Source of the DNA: a virus
Lineage: Duplodnaviria > Caudoviricetes
Length of the DNA: 64,000 bases
Direction: 5' to 3' (one strand)
IMG/VR virus record: IMGVR_UViG_3300037067_027616
Span: 402,730 to 466,729 of that record
Below, in pieces: positions 55,333-64,000 of the stretch. The position numbers and the translations under genes were made by a program. The notes under the pieces were generated by a model, which searched no databases, was not told where the DNA came from, and saw nothing but the letters and a program-made list of their open reading frames with translations. Within the stretch, counting starts at the first letter, position 1; every line of letters starts with the position of its first letter.

Positions 55333-57804
55333 ATGGAACAGACAATATCCGTTTTCGGCTTGGGAAAATTGGGGTGCACGATGATGGCCTGCTTCGCCCA
55401 CAAAGGCTGGCGCGTCATTGGCATGGACGTTGTCAAGAACACTGTTGATAAAGTTAACGCAGGAGAGTCCCCTATATTCGAGCCGAAGGTGCAAGATATG
55501 ATAGGGGATAACAAGGAAAGAATAACAGCAACTACTGACCCATGCCAGGCTACAAAAGACGCCGATGTCATATTCATAATCGTACCAACGCCAAGTTCTG
55601 CAGATGGGTCATTCTCGATAGATTACGTGGTGAGTGCTGCCACGAGTATTGCTAGGGCCATGCGGCGCCCTGATGACCGCTACCGTGTCATAGTCGTGAC
55701 CAGCACTGTGCTCCCTGGGGACATGGACAAGATACGGGAGGTCCTCGAGAAGGAGTCAGGAAAAAAGTGCGGGGAGGATTTTGGGCTGTGCTACAACCCC
55801 GATTTCATAGCCTTGGGCAGGATCGTACATGACTTCCTCAACCCTGACATGATACTCATTGGACAATCAGACGACAGAGCCGGCGAGATCGTTGAGGGGG
55901 TACACAAGAGGTTGGCGGACAACAATCCAACAATACACCGCATGAATTGGTGGAACGCCGAACTTTCGAAGATATCGTTGAATTCATTCTGTGTGACCAA
56001 AATAAGCTTTGCCAACATGCTTGCGGAAATTTGCGAAAAGATGCCCGGAGGGGATGCCCGGGCCGTTGCTAAAGCCGTAGGCGCCGACAGTAGGGTTGGG
56101 GTGAAGTACTTCATGCCGGGTCTTCCCGTGGCGGGTCCATGTGTGCCGCCGTCTACTCTGGTTCGAACCTCTTGTGGTTTGAAAAGAATTGACCAAATCC
56201 AGAAAGGTGATTTTGTTTTGACGCATGAGGGTCGTTTTAGAGCGGTAACTGAAGTATTTGAGCGCCCTTATAATGGACCTATGGTAGAGATTATCTCAAT
56301 GGGTTTTCCTCATAGGTCAATGCTGACTACACCGGATCACCCTATTTGGTGTTCCCAAAGAAGATCATTAGACGGAAAGCGCTATAGAACTGCTGGTGGA
56401 AAGGTTAGATTAAGCCCAATTAGGGGTTGGACTGATCCAGAGTTCATTAAGGCAAGTGATATTGAACACGGTGATTGCACCATTTTGCCAATAATTCGTG
56501 AGCCTATTCCAAATGTTCTAACCCCCATTGAATTTCAAAAAAGAATCCATTCAAAGTTACCGTGTAGTGTTGCATTGACCCCGGACATTATGAGGTTTTT
56601 CGGGTTTTATGTGTCAGAGGGCTGTGTGTGGACGAAAAAGGGGGAAATAAAGTTTAGCCTCCATCAAAAAGAAACTGCTTATGCAAAGGAATTAGTTAGA
56701 ATAGCAAAAGAATCATTCAATGCCAAGGCTTCAATTAAACCCCATGGTGGTAAGGGTATAAAGGTTAAACTTTGTTCAAAGACTCTGGCTCTTTTTCTTA
56801 AGGAAACTTTTGGATGTAAGAGTTATGAAAAAAGGGTTCCGTTTGAGTGGCTAGGACTTCCGGAGTCACATTTGAAAGAACTTCTTAGGGGTATTTGTTA
56901 TGGTGATGGCAGTAGAAGTACGGGGGTGTTTACATATGGAGCCACGTCACCTTATATAGATGACTTCCTTCAGCAATCATTCTTGAGACTTGGAATACCT
57001 TTCACAACTAAAATATATAAGCCACGAGTTGGAAGAGATGGCGTGAATCACAGAATGTCATATTTCATCAAAGTTGCTAACGGTCTTTTCCTTTCTAAGT
57101 TTAGTGATATTTTTCCCTCGTTGGAAATAAAAAATCCTCGTAAAGGTTCTAAGACAGTATGGATAAACGGCAATAACATACATTGTACGATTAGGTCGGT
57201 TACTGAGAAAAAATACAATGGAACAGTTTGGAATCTTGAAGTAGACGAGGACAATTCATATGCCCTTGAATCGGGGGTTGTCCACAATTGTTTTCCGAGG
57301 GACCTCAGGGCTTTCAGCCATGCGGCTGAAAGGTTTGGTGTCAAGGCACCGCTTGCAGAGGCCGTAGACAACTTGAATGATTACTTCAAGAACGTGTGGA
57401 TCCCAGGGTTAATCATGAACGCCTTGCGCGAGAAGGGGTCGGATCGCCTTTCGGTTCTTGGGCTGACGTACAAAGAAGACACGACACTCGTGGAAGAAGC
57501 CATATCCATAGTCGTGCTAAAGCAACTGTCGCAGGAGGGTGTGAAAATAACCGCCTACGACCCGGAGGGCAGGGCGAGTGCAGAAAGAGAGTTGTGGGGA
57601 ATGCCTGGGATAACCTTCACCAACACGGTGGCTGGGTGCCTGCGGTACTCCTCTGTGTGTTTTGTGGCTACCCCTTGGCCAGAGTTCCGTAAAATCAAAG
57701 CCGGGGACTTCGAGAGGTACATGGACAAGGATCCTGTAATAATAGACGCTTGGAACCTTTATCAATTTGAGAAACCACGCGTCAGAAGGATTGGCAGGGC
57801 TTGA
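55333..57804 (+). CDS. ugd: UDP-glucose/GDP-mannose dehydrogenase, intein-interrupted
   Basis: GLGKLG, VPTP, STVLPG, NPDF, AELSK, GP|...|CFPRD, LGLTYKEDT. Confidence 0.9.
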   Translation: MEQTISVFGLGKLGCTMMACFAHKGWRVIGMDVVKNTVDKVNAGESPIFEPKVQDMIGDNKERITATTDPCQATKDADVIFIIVPTPSSADGSFSIDYVVSAATSIARAMRRPDDRYRVIVVTSTVLPGDMDKIREVLEKESGKKCGEDFGLCYNPDFIALGRIVHDFLNPDMILIGQSDDRAGEIVEGVHKRLADNNPTIHRMNWWNAELSKISLNSFCVTKISFANMLAEICEKMPGGDARAVAKAVGADSRVGVKYFMPGLPVAGPCVPPSTLVRTSCGLKRIDQIQKGDFVLTHEGRFRAVTEVFERPYNGPMVEIISMGFPHRSMLTTPDHPIWCSQRRSLDGKRYRTAGGKVRLSPIRGWTDPEFIKASDIEHGDCTILPIIREPIPNVLTPIEFQKRIHSKLPCSVALTPDIMRFFGFYVSEGCVWTKKGEIKFSLHQKETAYAKELVRIAKESFNAKASIKPHGGKGIKVKLCSKTLALFLKETFGCKSYEKRVPFEWLGLPESHLKELLRGICYGDGSRSTGVFTYGATSPYIDDFLQQSFLRLGIPFTTKIYKPRVGRDGVNHRMSYFIKVANGLFLSKFSDIFPSLEIKNPRKGSKTVWINGNNIHCTIRSVTEKKYNGTVWNLEVDEDNSYALESGVVHNCFPRDLRAFSHAAERFGVKAPLAEAVDNLNDYFKNVWIPGLIMNALREKGSDRLSVLGLTYKEDTTLVEEAISIVVLKQLSQEGVKITAYDPEGRASAERELWGMPGITFTNTVAGCLRYSSVCFVATPWPEFRKIKAGDFERYMDKDPVIIDAWNLYQFEKPRVRRIGRA
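56140..57288 (+). mobile_element. Intein (383 aa) with LAGLIDADG homing endonuclease
   Basis: Starts CVPPSTLV; block B TTPDHP; FYVSEG and ICYGDG LAGLIDADG motifs; ends VWNLEVDEDNSY...VVHN followed by Cys; AT-richer than its flanks. Confidence 0.93.
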
Positions 57805-57821
57805 ACGTCATAGGGGAGCAT

Positions 57822-58823
57822 ATGAGAAAAAGAGCGTTGGTATGCGGAGGTCACGGGTTCATTGGGCACCATTTGGCTCGTTTCTTGGTAAAAAACGGGT
57901 ATTGGGTAAGGACTGTGGACATCAACGACTTCGTATATGGCGACTTGGAGGTTGACGACTACGTGGTAGCCGACCTTCGCGACCCGTGCGTATGTGACCG
58001 TGTATCCCGGGCGCCCGATGGCAGACCCTTTGATGAGGTGTATCAGCTTGCTGCTTGGATGGGCGGGGCTGGTGTCATATTCACGGGTGACCACGATGCG
58101 CAAGTCATGCATGACTCGGGCCTCATAAACGCCAACATGGCCGAGGCGTGTCACAGGCACCACGCAGGGAAGGTCTTTTACTCGAGCAGCGCCTGTGTCT
58201 ACAACCACCTTAAGCAACTGAACACGACCGATTGTGGCCTTAAAGAAGAAATGGCCTATCCTGCCTATCCGGACTCCGACTACGGGTGGGAGAAGTTGTT
58301 TTCAGAGAGGCTGTGGCTCGCGTACGCCAAGAATTATGGTATGGATTTGCGTATAGCGCGTTTCCATAATGTTATGGGCCCAGAGGGGGCGTGGGATAAT
58401 GGCAAAGAAAAATCTCCGGCTGCAGTCTGCCGTAAGGTGGCTCGAGCGAAGGACGGGGACACCATAGAGATATGGGGCGATGGGGATCAGACGCGTAGCT
58501 TTCTCTACATAGACGAGTGTTTATTTGGTGTGCGTAGGTTTATGGACTTTGATTTCGTGGGACCTATGAACATAGGTTCCGATGAGATGGTGTCGATAAA
58601 CGGCTTGGTCGAGATGGTCAAGGACATTGCAGGCAAGCCAAACATAAAAATTGAACATGTGCCAGGCCCCCTCGGTGTCCGCGGGCGGACCTCCGACAAT
58701 ACGCTTATCAAGCAGAAACTAGGTGGGTGGGCGCCATCAAAGCCCCTTCGGGACGGGTTGGAAAAGTTGTACTCATGGATAGACGGGCAAGTTAAACAAG
58801 GTTTAGCGGACGTTAAAGGTTAA
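57822..58823 (+). CDS. NAD-dependent epimerase, GDP-mannose 3,5-epimerase-like
   Basis: GGHGFIG, LAAWMGGAG, SSACVY, PDSDYGWEKLFSE, EKSPAAVCRK, GVRGRTSDN. Confidence 0.9.
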   Translation: MRKRALVCGGHGFIGHHLARFLVKNGYWVRTVDINDFVYGDLEVDDYVVADLRDPCVCDRVSRAPDGRPFDEVYQLAAWMGGAGVIFTGDHDAQVMHDSGLINANMAEACHRHHAGKVFYSSSACVYNHLKQLNTTDCGLKEEMAYPAYPDSDYGWEKLFSERLWLAYAKNYGMDLRIARFHNVMGPEGAWDNGKEKSPAAVCRKVARAKDGDTIEIWGDGDQTRSFLYIDECLFGVRRFMDFDFVGPMNIGSDEMVSINGLVEMVKDIAGKPNIKIEHVPGPLGVRGRTSDNTLIKQKLGGWAPSKPLRDGLEKLYSWIDGQVKQGLADVKG

Positions 58824-58828
58824 AAGCA

Positions 58829-60079
58829 ATGGGCAAAAAAATGGTCATAATAAAATCCGCTTTTTACAGGGGACATAAAATCACCTACAGAAGGGTCATA
58901 GATGATAGTTCAAGGGTCACCTGTGATATTGTGGCTGATGTCCCAAAGGATATACTTGATGACCCGATAGTCGTTGTGGGTCCTATCGTGAATGACAAAC
59001 CTTTAGTAGAAACCAATAAGATCACAGAAGAGAATGCTACCCACGTTGATGTTTCGGAGGGGCTTGTTTTAAAGGAAACGGTGGCCATAATAGAGCAAGT
59101 TGTTATTGAAAAAAATCCCGAGATTGTAGTTGAAAAAAAGCAGGAAACCGTATTGGTTGAAAGCGCCCCGGAAGAAAAGCCGGCGCCCCCCGTTGTTATG
59201 GCACGTTGTGTTAATATAAGAAACAACCATGTGTTGGATGGTACCGAGGTTGACCCCCCAACCCGCAAAGCAAACCCAAACAAACTTTCAGTGGTTGTAA
59301 CGGGTCGCAACGACAACTACGATGGGAATTTTGATGAGCGGATTGCTATAGCTTTGGGAAAAAACATGGCGAGTTTGCCTGGGGTAGAGTTCATATATGT
59401 GGAATGGAATCCATTAAGTGACAGAAAACCGCTTGCTGCACAGCTCAAAAAAATGTATCCGAAGTTGCGGTGTTTCGTTGTTCACCCAAAATTCCATGAA
59501 AGATACTGCACTATAGACGGGTTCCTAGAATACCCAGCCAAAAACGTTGGCATCCGCAGGGCTTCAGGAGACTATGTTTTGAGTACAAATTCAGACATAA
59601 TATTTTCTCCGGAGGTGTGTGACAAATTGCGTTTCTCCGACTTGGATAAAAACACTGTTTACAGGGCTACCAGGGTTGATATACCAATGACAAACCTTGA
59701 TGTGAATTTTCCTCTCAAAGAACAAGACATATTAGAGGTGCAAAAGGGTATCACAAACGCGTGCGGTGACTTTTTAATGCTCCACAAAAAGACGTGGAGT
59801 ATGCTTACGGGATATTGCGAGGATTTTCCAGGACAACGGTTACACAAAGATTCGTTTGCTTTGTACATTTTGGTTAACATATTTCGGTTACCTTGGAGAA
59901 ATTTTGGTCAAATAACACATTGGCGTCACCCGAGTTCTTGGTCATCAAAGAACATACGCCCGCGTTTAGGGGACATTTATTGGGATTATACGAATTGTGG
60001 GTATAAAAAAAACAGGAGCACGTGGGGTCTCACGTATACGAAGGAATTAAAAAAAGACGGGCTAACTTGGTTGGTGTGA
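58829..60079 (+). CDS. GT-A fold glycosyltransferase-like protein with low-complexity N-terminus
   Basis: GRNDNY, VEWNP, AKNVGIRRASGDYVLSTNSD, NACGDF. Confidence 0.7.
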   Translation: MGKKMVIIKSAFYRGHKITYRRVIDDSSRVTCDIVADVPKDILDDPIVVVGPIVNDKPLVETNKITEENATHVDVSEGLVLKETVAIIEQVVIEKNPEIVVEKKQETVLVESAPEEKPAPPVVMARCVNIRNNHVLDGTEVDPPTRKANPNKLSVVVTGRNDNYDGNFDERIAIALGKNMASLPGVEFIYVEWNPLSDRKPLAAQLKKMYPKLRCFVVHPKFHERYCTIDGFLEYPAKNVGIRRASGDYVLSTNSDIIFSPEVCDKLRFSDLDKNTVYRATRVDIPMTNLDVNFPLKEQDILEVQKGITNACGDFLMLHKKTWSMLTGYCEDFPGQRLHKDSFALYILVNIFRLPWRNFGQITHWRHPSSWSSKNIRPRLGDIYWDYTNCGYKKNRSTWGLTYTKELKKDGLTWLV

Positions 60080-60084
60080 CCGGA

Positions 60085-60180
60085 GATTTCAAAACATGCA
60101 AATTCTCCAAGAACAAGAATGATTGGGGACTCACCTATACCAAAGAAGTCGAAAAGGATGGTTTGATATGGCTGGTATGA
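60085..60180 (+). pseudogene. Orphan diverged copy of the last ~31 codons of the upstream gene
   Basis: Reads DFKTCKFSKNKNDWGLTYTKEVEKDGLIWLV*, against upstream DYTNCGYKKNRSTWGLTYTKELKKDGLTWLV*. Confidence 0.8.
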
Positions 60181-61034
60181 TAGAGCAGTTTGATGTTTAT
60201 GGAGCATTAAAAAATAAACTTCCAAAGTATACTAATGTTATATCTACTGAATGGCAGCAACTTTGGAGCGGTAATTTTTGTTCAAAAAAGTTTACATCAA
60301 CAAATTTTGTTAACACTGTTCGTGCCCAAAAAAATTATGAAAAGGATCAACCAGCATTAGATGTTATAAGTGAGTCGGCGTTTGAGGCCTGTTGCTATTT
60401 AAGCATTCTCAAACACACTATGTCTGAAGAAATTACGTTTGTTGAATTAGGGGCAGGATGGGGCGGTCAGTTAACAAATGTTGAAGGAGCAGTAAAATAT
60501 AATTTAGTAGATACGGCTGTTAAGTCAATGAGAGTTTTAGCTGTTGAAGCAGAGCCCACACATTTTAAGTGGCTCCAAGAAACATTGTCTTTCAACAAAA
60601 TAGAGGGCACAGCAGTATTTGGAGCGGTTTCCGATAAAATAGGTTTTGTTCCTTTTACAGCAAATGTAGCTCCCGGAGACTCTTATGGGCAAGCTATTCG
60701 GCCAACAGGAAATATTCAAGTTCCTTGTTACACTCTAGACTATTTAGTCAACATATTCAAGGTGGATCATATAAACATCCTTAGCATGGATGTTCAAGGA
60801 GAAGAGCTGCTCGTACTAAAAGGATCTGTTGAATGTATAAAAAACAAAGTAATTGATTATGCTGTTATAGGGACACATAAAAAGGAGTTAAATCAACAAA
60901 TAAAAGACTTTTTAAAAGATGACTTTGATTGCATTATTGACTATGAGAGAGCGTCTGGGTTATATACTTTTGAAGGATTTACCAAGCAGGTCTATTTTCC
61001 TCAAGACGGCATAATGGTTCTCAAACGCAAATAA
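60177..61034 (+). CDS. FkbM-family methyltransferase
   Basis: VELGAGWG, VEAEP, MDVQGEE; ATG overlaps the stop of the remnant. Confidence 0.82.
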   Translation: MIEQFDVYGALKNKLPKYTNVISTEWQQLWSGNFCSKKFTSTNFVNTVRAQKNYEKDQPALDVISESAFEACCYLSILKHTMSEEITFVELGAGWGGQLTNVEGAVKYNLVDTAVKSMRVLAVEAEPTHFKWLQETLSFNKIEGTAVFGAVSDKIGFVPFTANVAPGDSYGQAIRPTGNIQVPCYTLDYLVNIFKVDHINILSMDVQGEELLVLKGSVECIKNKVIDYAVIGTHKKELNQQIKDFLKDDFDCIIDYERASGLYTFEGFTKQVYFPQDGIMVLKRK

Positions 61035-61717
61035 TGGCATTTATAATGATTAAAAACATTAAAGAATACTCTGACGGATCTTTTCAGTTTCTTTCTGAAG
61101 AGTCAATTATTACCAAGATACCCATAGAAAATATTTTGGATATAGGGTGCCATCAAGGGGGGACTATTTTAGGTTATAAGAATATGTGTCATCCTAAAAA
61201 AATATATGGGTTTGAGGGTAGTATTGAAAATTATACTATAGCAAAAAATGCCCTAAACTTTTCTGATGTTGAATTGTTCAATGTAGCTGTTTCAAACTTT
61301 GACGAGGAAAAAGGAACATTCTATCTTTCGCAAGATTCCGTTAGCAGTTCCTTGTCTTATCCCACAACAAAGGTACAACTTAAGTCTCAACAGCCGATAA
61401 AAGTAATAAGAATAGACACTTGGGCTAAACAAAACAATGTTAAAAATGTAGACTTTGTTAAGATAGATGTCCAAGGGGATGATTTCAAAGTTATAGTTGG
61501 TATTGGAAACTTTATTAAGCTAGTAAAAATACTAAAAGTTGAAGTATGGTTTGGCGGGGCGGAAGAGTACTATAAAAACGTTGATTTATTTGATACTGTT
61601 TTGAACTATTTAAACAAAAATGGTATGATATTTTATAGTTTCCCCATGTTATTTTACAACAATAGTGGAAAGCTACTGTGGGGTGACGCCATATTTTTAA
61701 GAAAAGATTTGATATGA
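61034..61717 (+). CDS. FkbM-family methyltransferase
   Basis: LDIGCHQG, GFEG, KIDVQG, WGDAIF. Confidence 0.85.
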   Translation: MAFIMIKNIKEYSDGSFQFLSEESIITKIPIENILDIGCHQGGTILGYKNMCHPKKIYGFEGSIENYTIAKNALNFSDVELFNVAVSNFDEEKGTFYLSQDSVSSSLSYPTTKVQLKSQQPIKVIRIDTWAKQNNVKNVDFVKIDVQGDDFKVIVGIGNFIKLVKILKVEVWFGGAEEYYKNVDLFDTVLNYLNKNGMIFYSFPMLFYNNSGKLLWGDAIFLRKDLI

Positions 61718-62745
61718 AAATACTTTTAGTAAAAGACTTTAGAGATACGGGTATGTGGGGGGATAAGGATATACTTGGAATACCCAGGGAGATATCTGAT
61801 ATTCTTAAGGCGGCCCCTTATCGAACACAATCTATGGGGCTATTATGTGACTTGGAAGCAGACATGAGAATAGCCCAAGTCAATCCAGAATGGTATTTGG
61901 AAAAATATGGCCTTGACAAAAATAAAAGTTGGTTAACATTCGCCGCAATGAAATACCCAAGCAAGAACCTCCCATTATTATCAGAGATTGATTATTCTAT
62001 CTATGATGTAGTTATATGTAGCGATCCGTATATCCCAAAAGATATAATTGACAAACACCCACGAACAGTTTTTGGGTATTGGGATTATTTTAATCCTATA
62101 ATAATGAAAGCACCGTCAGGAGGTTACGACCTTCAATTAAATCATTTAGAAGGTCCAGACAATATTTCTGGACTTCCTCAGATGGTTTTTTTTCACTATC
62201 CTGTAAGTCTTCTTATGCAAGAAGAATTTAAAGGAGTAGAAAAAACCATAATAGGAACCGAGGATAGGACTGCTCTTGAAAACTATATTCTTAATAAAAA
62301 ATTCAGTGAACTCTCTACCAAGACTCTTACTGCCACGGTTCTTCCACGGATACAGGACGGTTACGACTACTATAAGTCCATGGCTAGATGTAAATACTTT
62401 GTATACATAAGAAATTGGATGGGCGGTTCGGGACAGCAGGCTTTAGAAGCGGCCGCCTTAGGATGTATTCTCATAGGGTATCACGGTAAGAAACCTTTTG
62501 AGTCTGTTGTGCACCCGTCATGTAGGATAACCCCAACCAGGACTCCCACAGCTGTTGCAATACCATTTGATGGGTACGGTTACAAGGACATTGAGTATTT
62601 GAAGAGCCTTATATCAAAAATTGACTCGAATGATGGCATTAGAAAAGATATTTTAGACTATCAAAGAAATGCATTAACAAAGATGTTTAACAACAATGTC
62701 AAGGCTTTGGAAAAAGCAGTAGCACTAAAAAGAAAGGTAATATAG
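61714..62745 (+). CDS. Glycosyltransferase-like protein (GT-B-like C-terminus)
   Basis: GQQALEAAALGCILIG resembles the GT-B ExxxxG motif. Confidence 0.55.
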   Translation: MKILLVKDFRDTGMWGDKDILGIPREISDILKAAPYRTQSMGLLCDLEADMRIAQVNPEWYLEKYGLDKNKSWLTFAAMKYPSKNLPLLSEIDYSIYDVVICSDPYIPKDIIDKHPRTVFGYWDYFNPIIMKAPSGGYDLQLNHLEGPDNISGLPQMVFFHYPVSLLMQEEFKGVEKTIIGTEDRTALENYILNKKFSELSTKTLTATVLPRIQDGYDYYKSMARCKYFVYIRNWMGGSGQQALEAAALGCILIGYHGKKPFESVVHPSCRITPTRTPTAVAIPFDGYGYKDIEYLKSLISKIDSNDGIRKDILDYQRNALTKMFNNNVKALEKAVALKRKVI

Positions 62746-63356
62746 TGGATTTTAGTAAAATACACGGGGAATTGATGAAAGAGGTCTTTGAATTTACTCC
62801 ATCAAGAGTCTCTCTTTTTTCAAGATTCTTCGAAGATAATACATACTCAAATTTGTACAATCAGAACACAGGCTCAAATTGGGGTGTGTACTATAAATGG
62901 CTCGGGTGTCTTGTAAGGAAATTCAATTTCAAGAACATCTTGGAGTTAGGCACAGGAACAGGCGCTAGTGCAATATGTATCCTATCAGAGATGAGTCCGA
63001 ACTCAAGGCTTACAACAGTAGATATTAGAAGGGAGTCCGGAGAGTTTATCGTTGATGAAATGAGGTCTGACCCCCGTTTCAAAGTTGTTTATGGGAATAG
63101 CACAGACAAAAGAAATTATGGGGACGAATTTCCACAAGGAATGGACTTTGTTTTTATAGATTCCCTCCATCTATACCGGCATGCCCGCCCAGAAATAGAC
63201 TTGTTCATTCCTTTGTGCAAAAAAGGTTGCATAGTTGTTATGGATGACATTCATTCACATGACATGCCGAAGTTGTGGAACGAACTTCCCTACAACAAAC
63301 TAGATATTTCAGATGATTGTCACAAGGACGCAGGATTTGGGGTCTTTGAGGTATGA
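62745..63356 (+). CDS. SAM-dependent methyltransferase (Methyltransf_24-like)
   Basis: LELGTGTG, FIDSLH, VMDDI. Confidence 0.85.
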   Translation: MDFSKIHGELMKEVFEFTPSRVSLFSRFFEDNTYSNLYNQNTGSNWGVYYKWLGCLVRKFNFKNILELGTGTGASAICILSEMSPNSRLTTVDIRRESGEFIVDEMRSDPRFKVVYGNSTDKRNYGDEFPQGMDFVFIDSLHLYRHARPEIDLFIPLCKKGCIVVMDDIHSHDMPKLWNELPYNKLDISDDCHKDAGFGVFEV

Positions 63357-64000
63357 AAAATTTAAATGACCTCTACAAGTCCACTATTGGGCTGATATCT
63401 TCGAGTTACTATGATTACGAAAAGAACTCAAAAGATATTATCATTCCGTATTTAGAAAATATGGAAGGCGGGGTATTTATAGATTGTGGATCCAATGCTG
63501 GGGTATATTCAATCTTGTTTTCTTTATGCGCCGGAAAAGGTCGGGTTATATGCTTTGAACCTACAGATAACCTAAACATGCTTAAAAATAATATTGAGAC
63601 CTTAAAATCAAAAGGAGTTGTGCTGGACAATATAGCTATTGAAAAGATAGCCGTAGGCAATAAGACCGGACTATTTAAGGAAGGAATATGGAAGACTTGG
63701 ACAAAGGAAAAAATTGAGGATGAGTTTCCGTTCACAACTCTGGATGACTATGTTAAAAAAGAAGGTCTAACACGAGTAGATTTTGTAAAAATAGATGTTG
63801 ATAGCTTTGACTACGAAGTACTTCAAGGATCTGTAGAAATAATGAAAAAGTTTTCCCCTATCTTTCTTATAGAACTTAATGAGGCTCTAAAACTTAGGGG
63901 CCACAATAAGGAAGAGGCGGGGCGCCTTATGAAAGAAAATGGATATAAACTTTCTGGTACTGGAGAGTACGGGAACACTTTGTGGGTAAAGCATAAATAA
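63353..64000 (+). CDS. FkbM-family methyltransferase
   Basis: IDCGSNAG, FEP, TTLDDY, KIDVDSFD. Confidence 0.85.
   Translation: MKNLNDLYKSTIGLISSSYYDYEKNSKDIIIPYLENMEGGVFIDCGSNAGVYSILFSLCAGKGRVICFEPTDNLNMLKNNIETLKSKGVVLDNIAIEKIAVGNKTGLFKEGIWKTWTKEKIEDEFPFTTLDDYVKKEGLTRVDFVKIDVDSFDYEVLQGSVEIMKKFSPIFLIELNEALKLRGHNKEEAGRLMKENGYKLSGTGEYGNTLWVKHK

Noticed and set aside
1-64000. Stop-codon reassignment (alternative genetic code), as seen in some large phages
   Set aside because: Recognisable enzymes are full length in code 11, and TAG, TGA and TAA all end genes at sensible positions followed by an RBS, overlap or terminator.

Overview
This 64 kb window looks like part of a large (jumbo/huge) bacteriophage genome. 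Genes are densely packed, almost all on the + strand, often translationally coupled and mostly hypothetical, and no host housekeeping operons are present. Order of content: (1) the 3' end of a tail-fibre-like gene and hypothetical genes (1-8.7 kb); (2) a stand-alone transcription unit (promoter to terminator) of four tandem structured RNAs that share a covarying core, two of them carrying tRNA-like apical domains (8.73-9.38 kb); (3) immediately after it, a ubiquitin-like protein, an SPFH/band-7 protein, a Ro60-like TROVE+vWA protein and a candidate E2-like protein, then a JAB peptidase ... ThiF/E1 operon and a tmRNA (9.5-20.6 kb); (4) dispersed RNA repair enzymes (Rnl1-type ligase, Thg1, Tpt1/KptA, phosphoesterases); (5) seven tandem MNQAIL-leader, (Ser-X)n micro-genes directly behind the RNA ligase (26.0-27.6 kb); (6) AAA ATPase, UDG and dTMP kinase; (7) a ~2000-aa polyvalent protein with several ADP-ribosyltransferase-like modules; (8) a large glycosyltransferase/methyltransferase/nucleotide-sugar cluster that includes an intein-containing UDP-glucose dehydrogenase and an AT-rich terminal segment. 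The best candidate for a new system is the Ro60-like RNP with a non-canonical Y-RNA-like array linked to a Ubl/E1/JAB conjugation module. The second is the Ser-X micro-protein array. All protein calls come from motif recognition by eye; no database searches were run.
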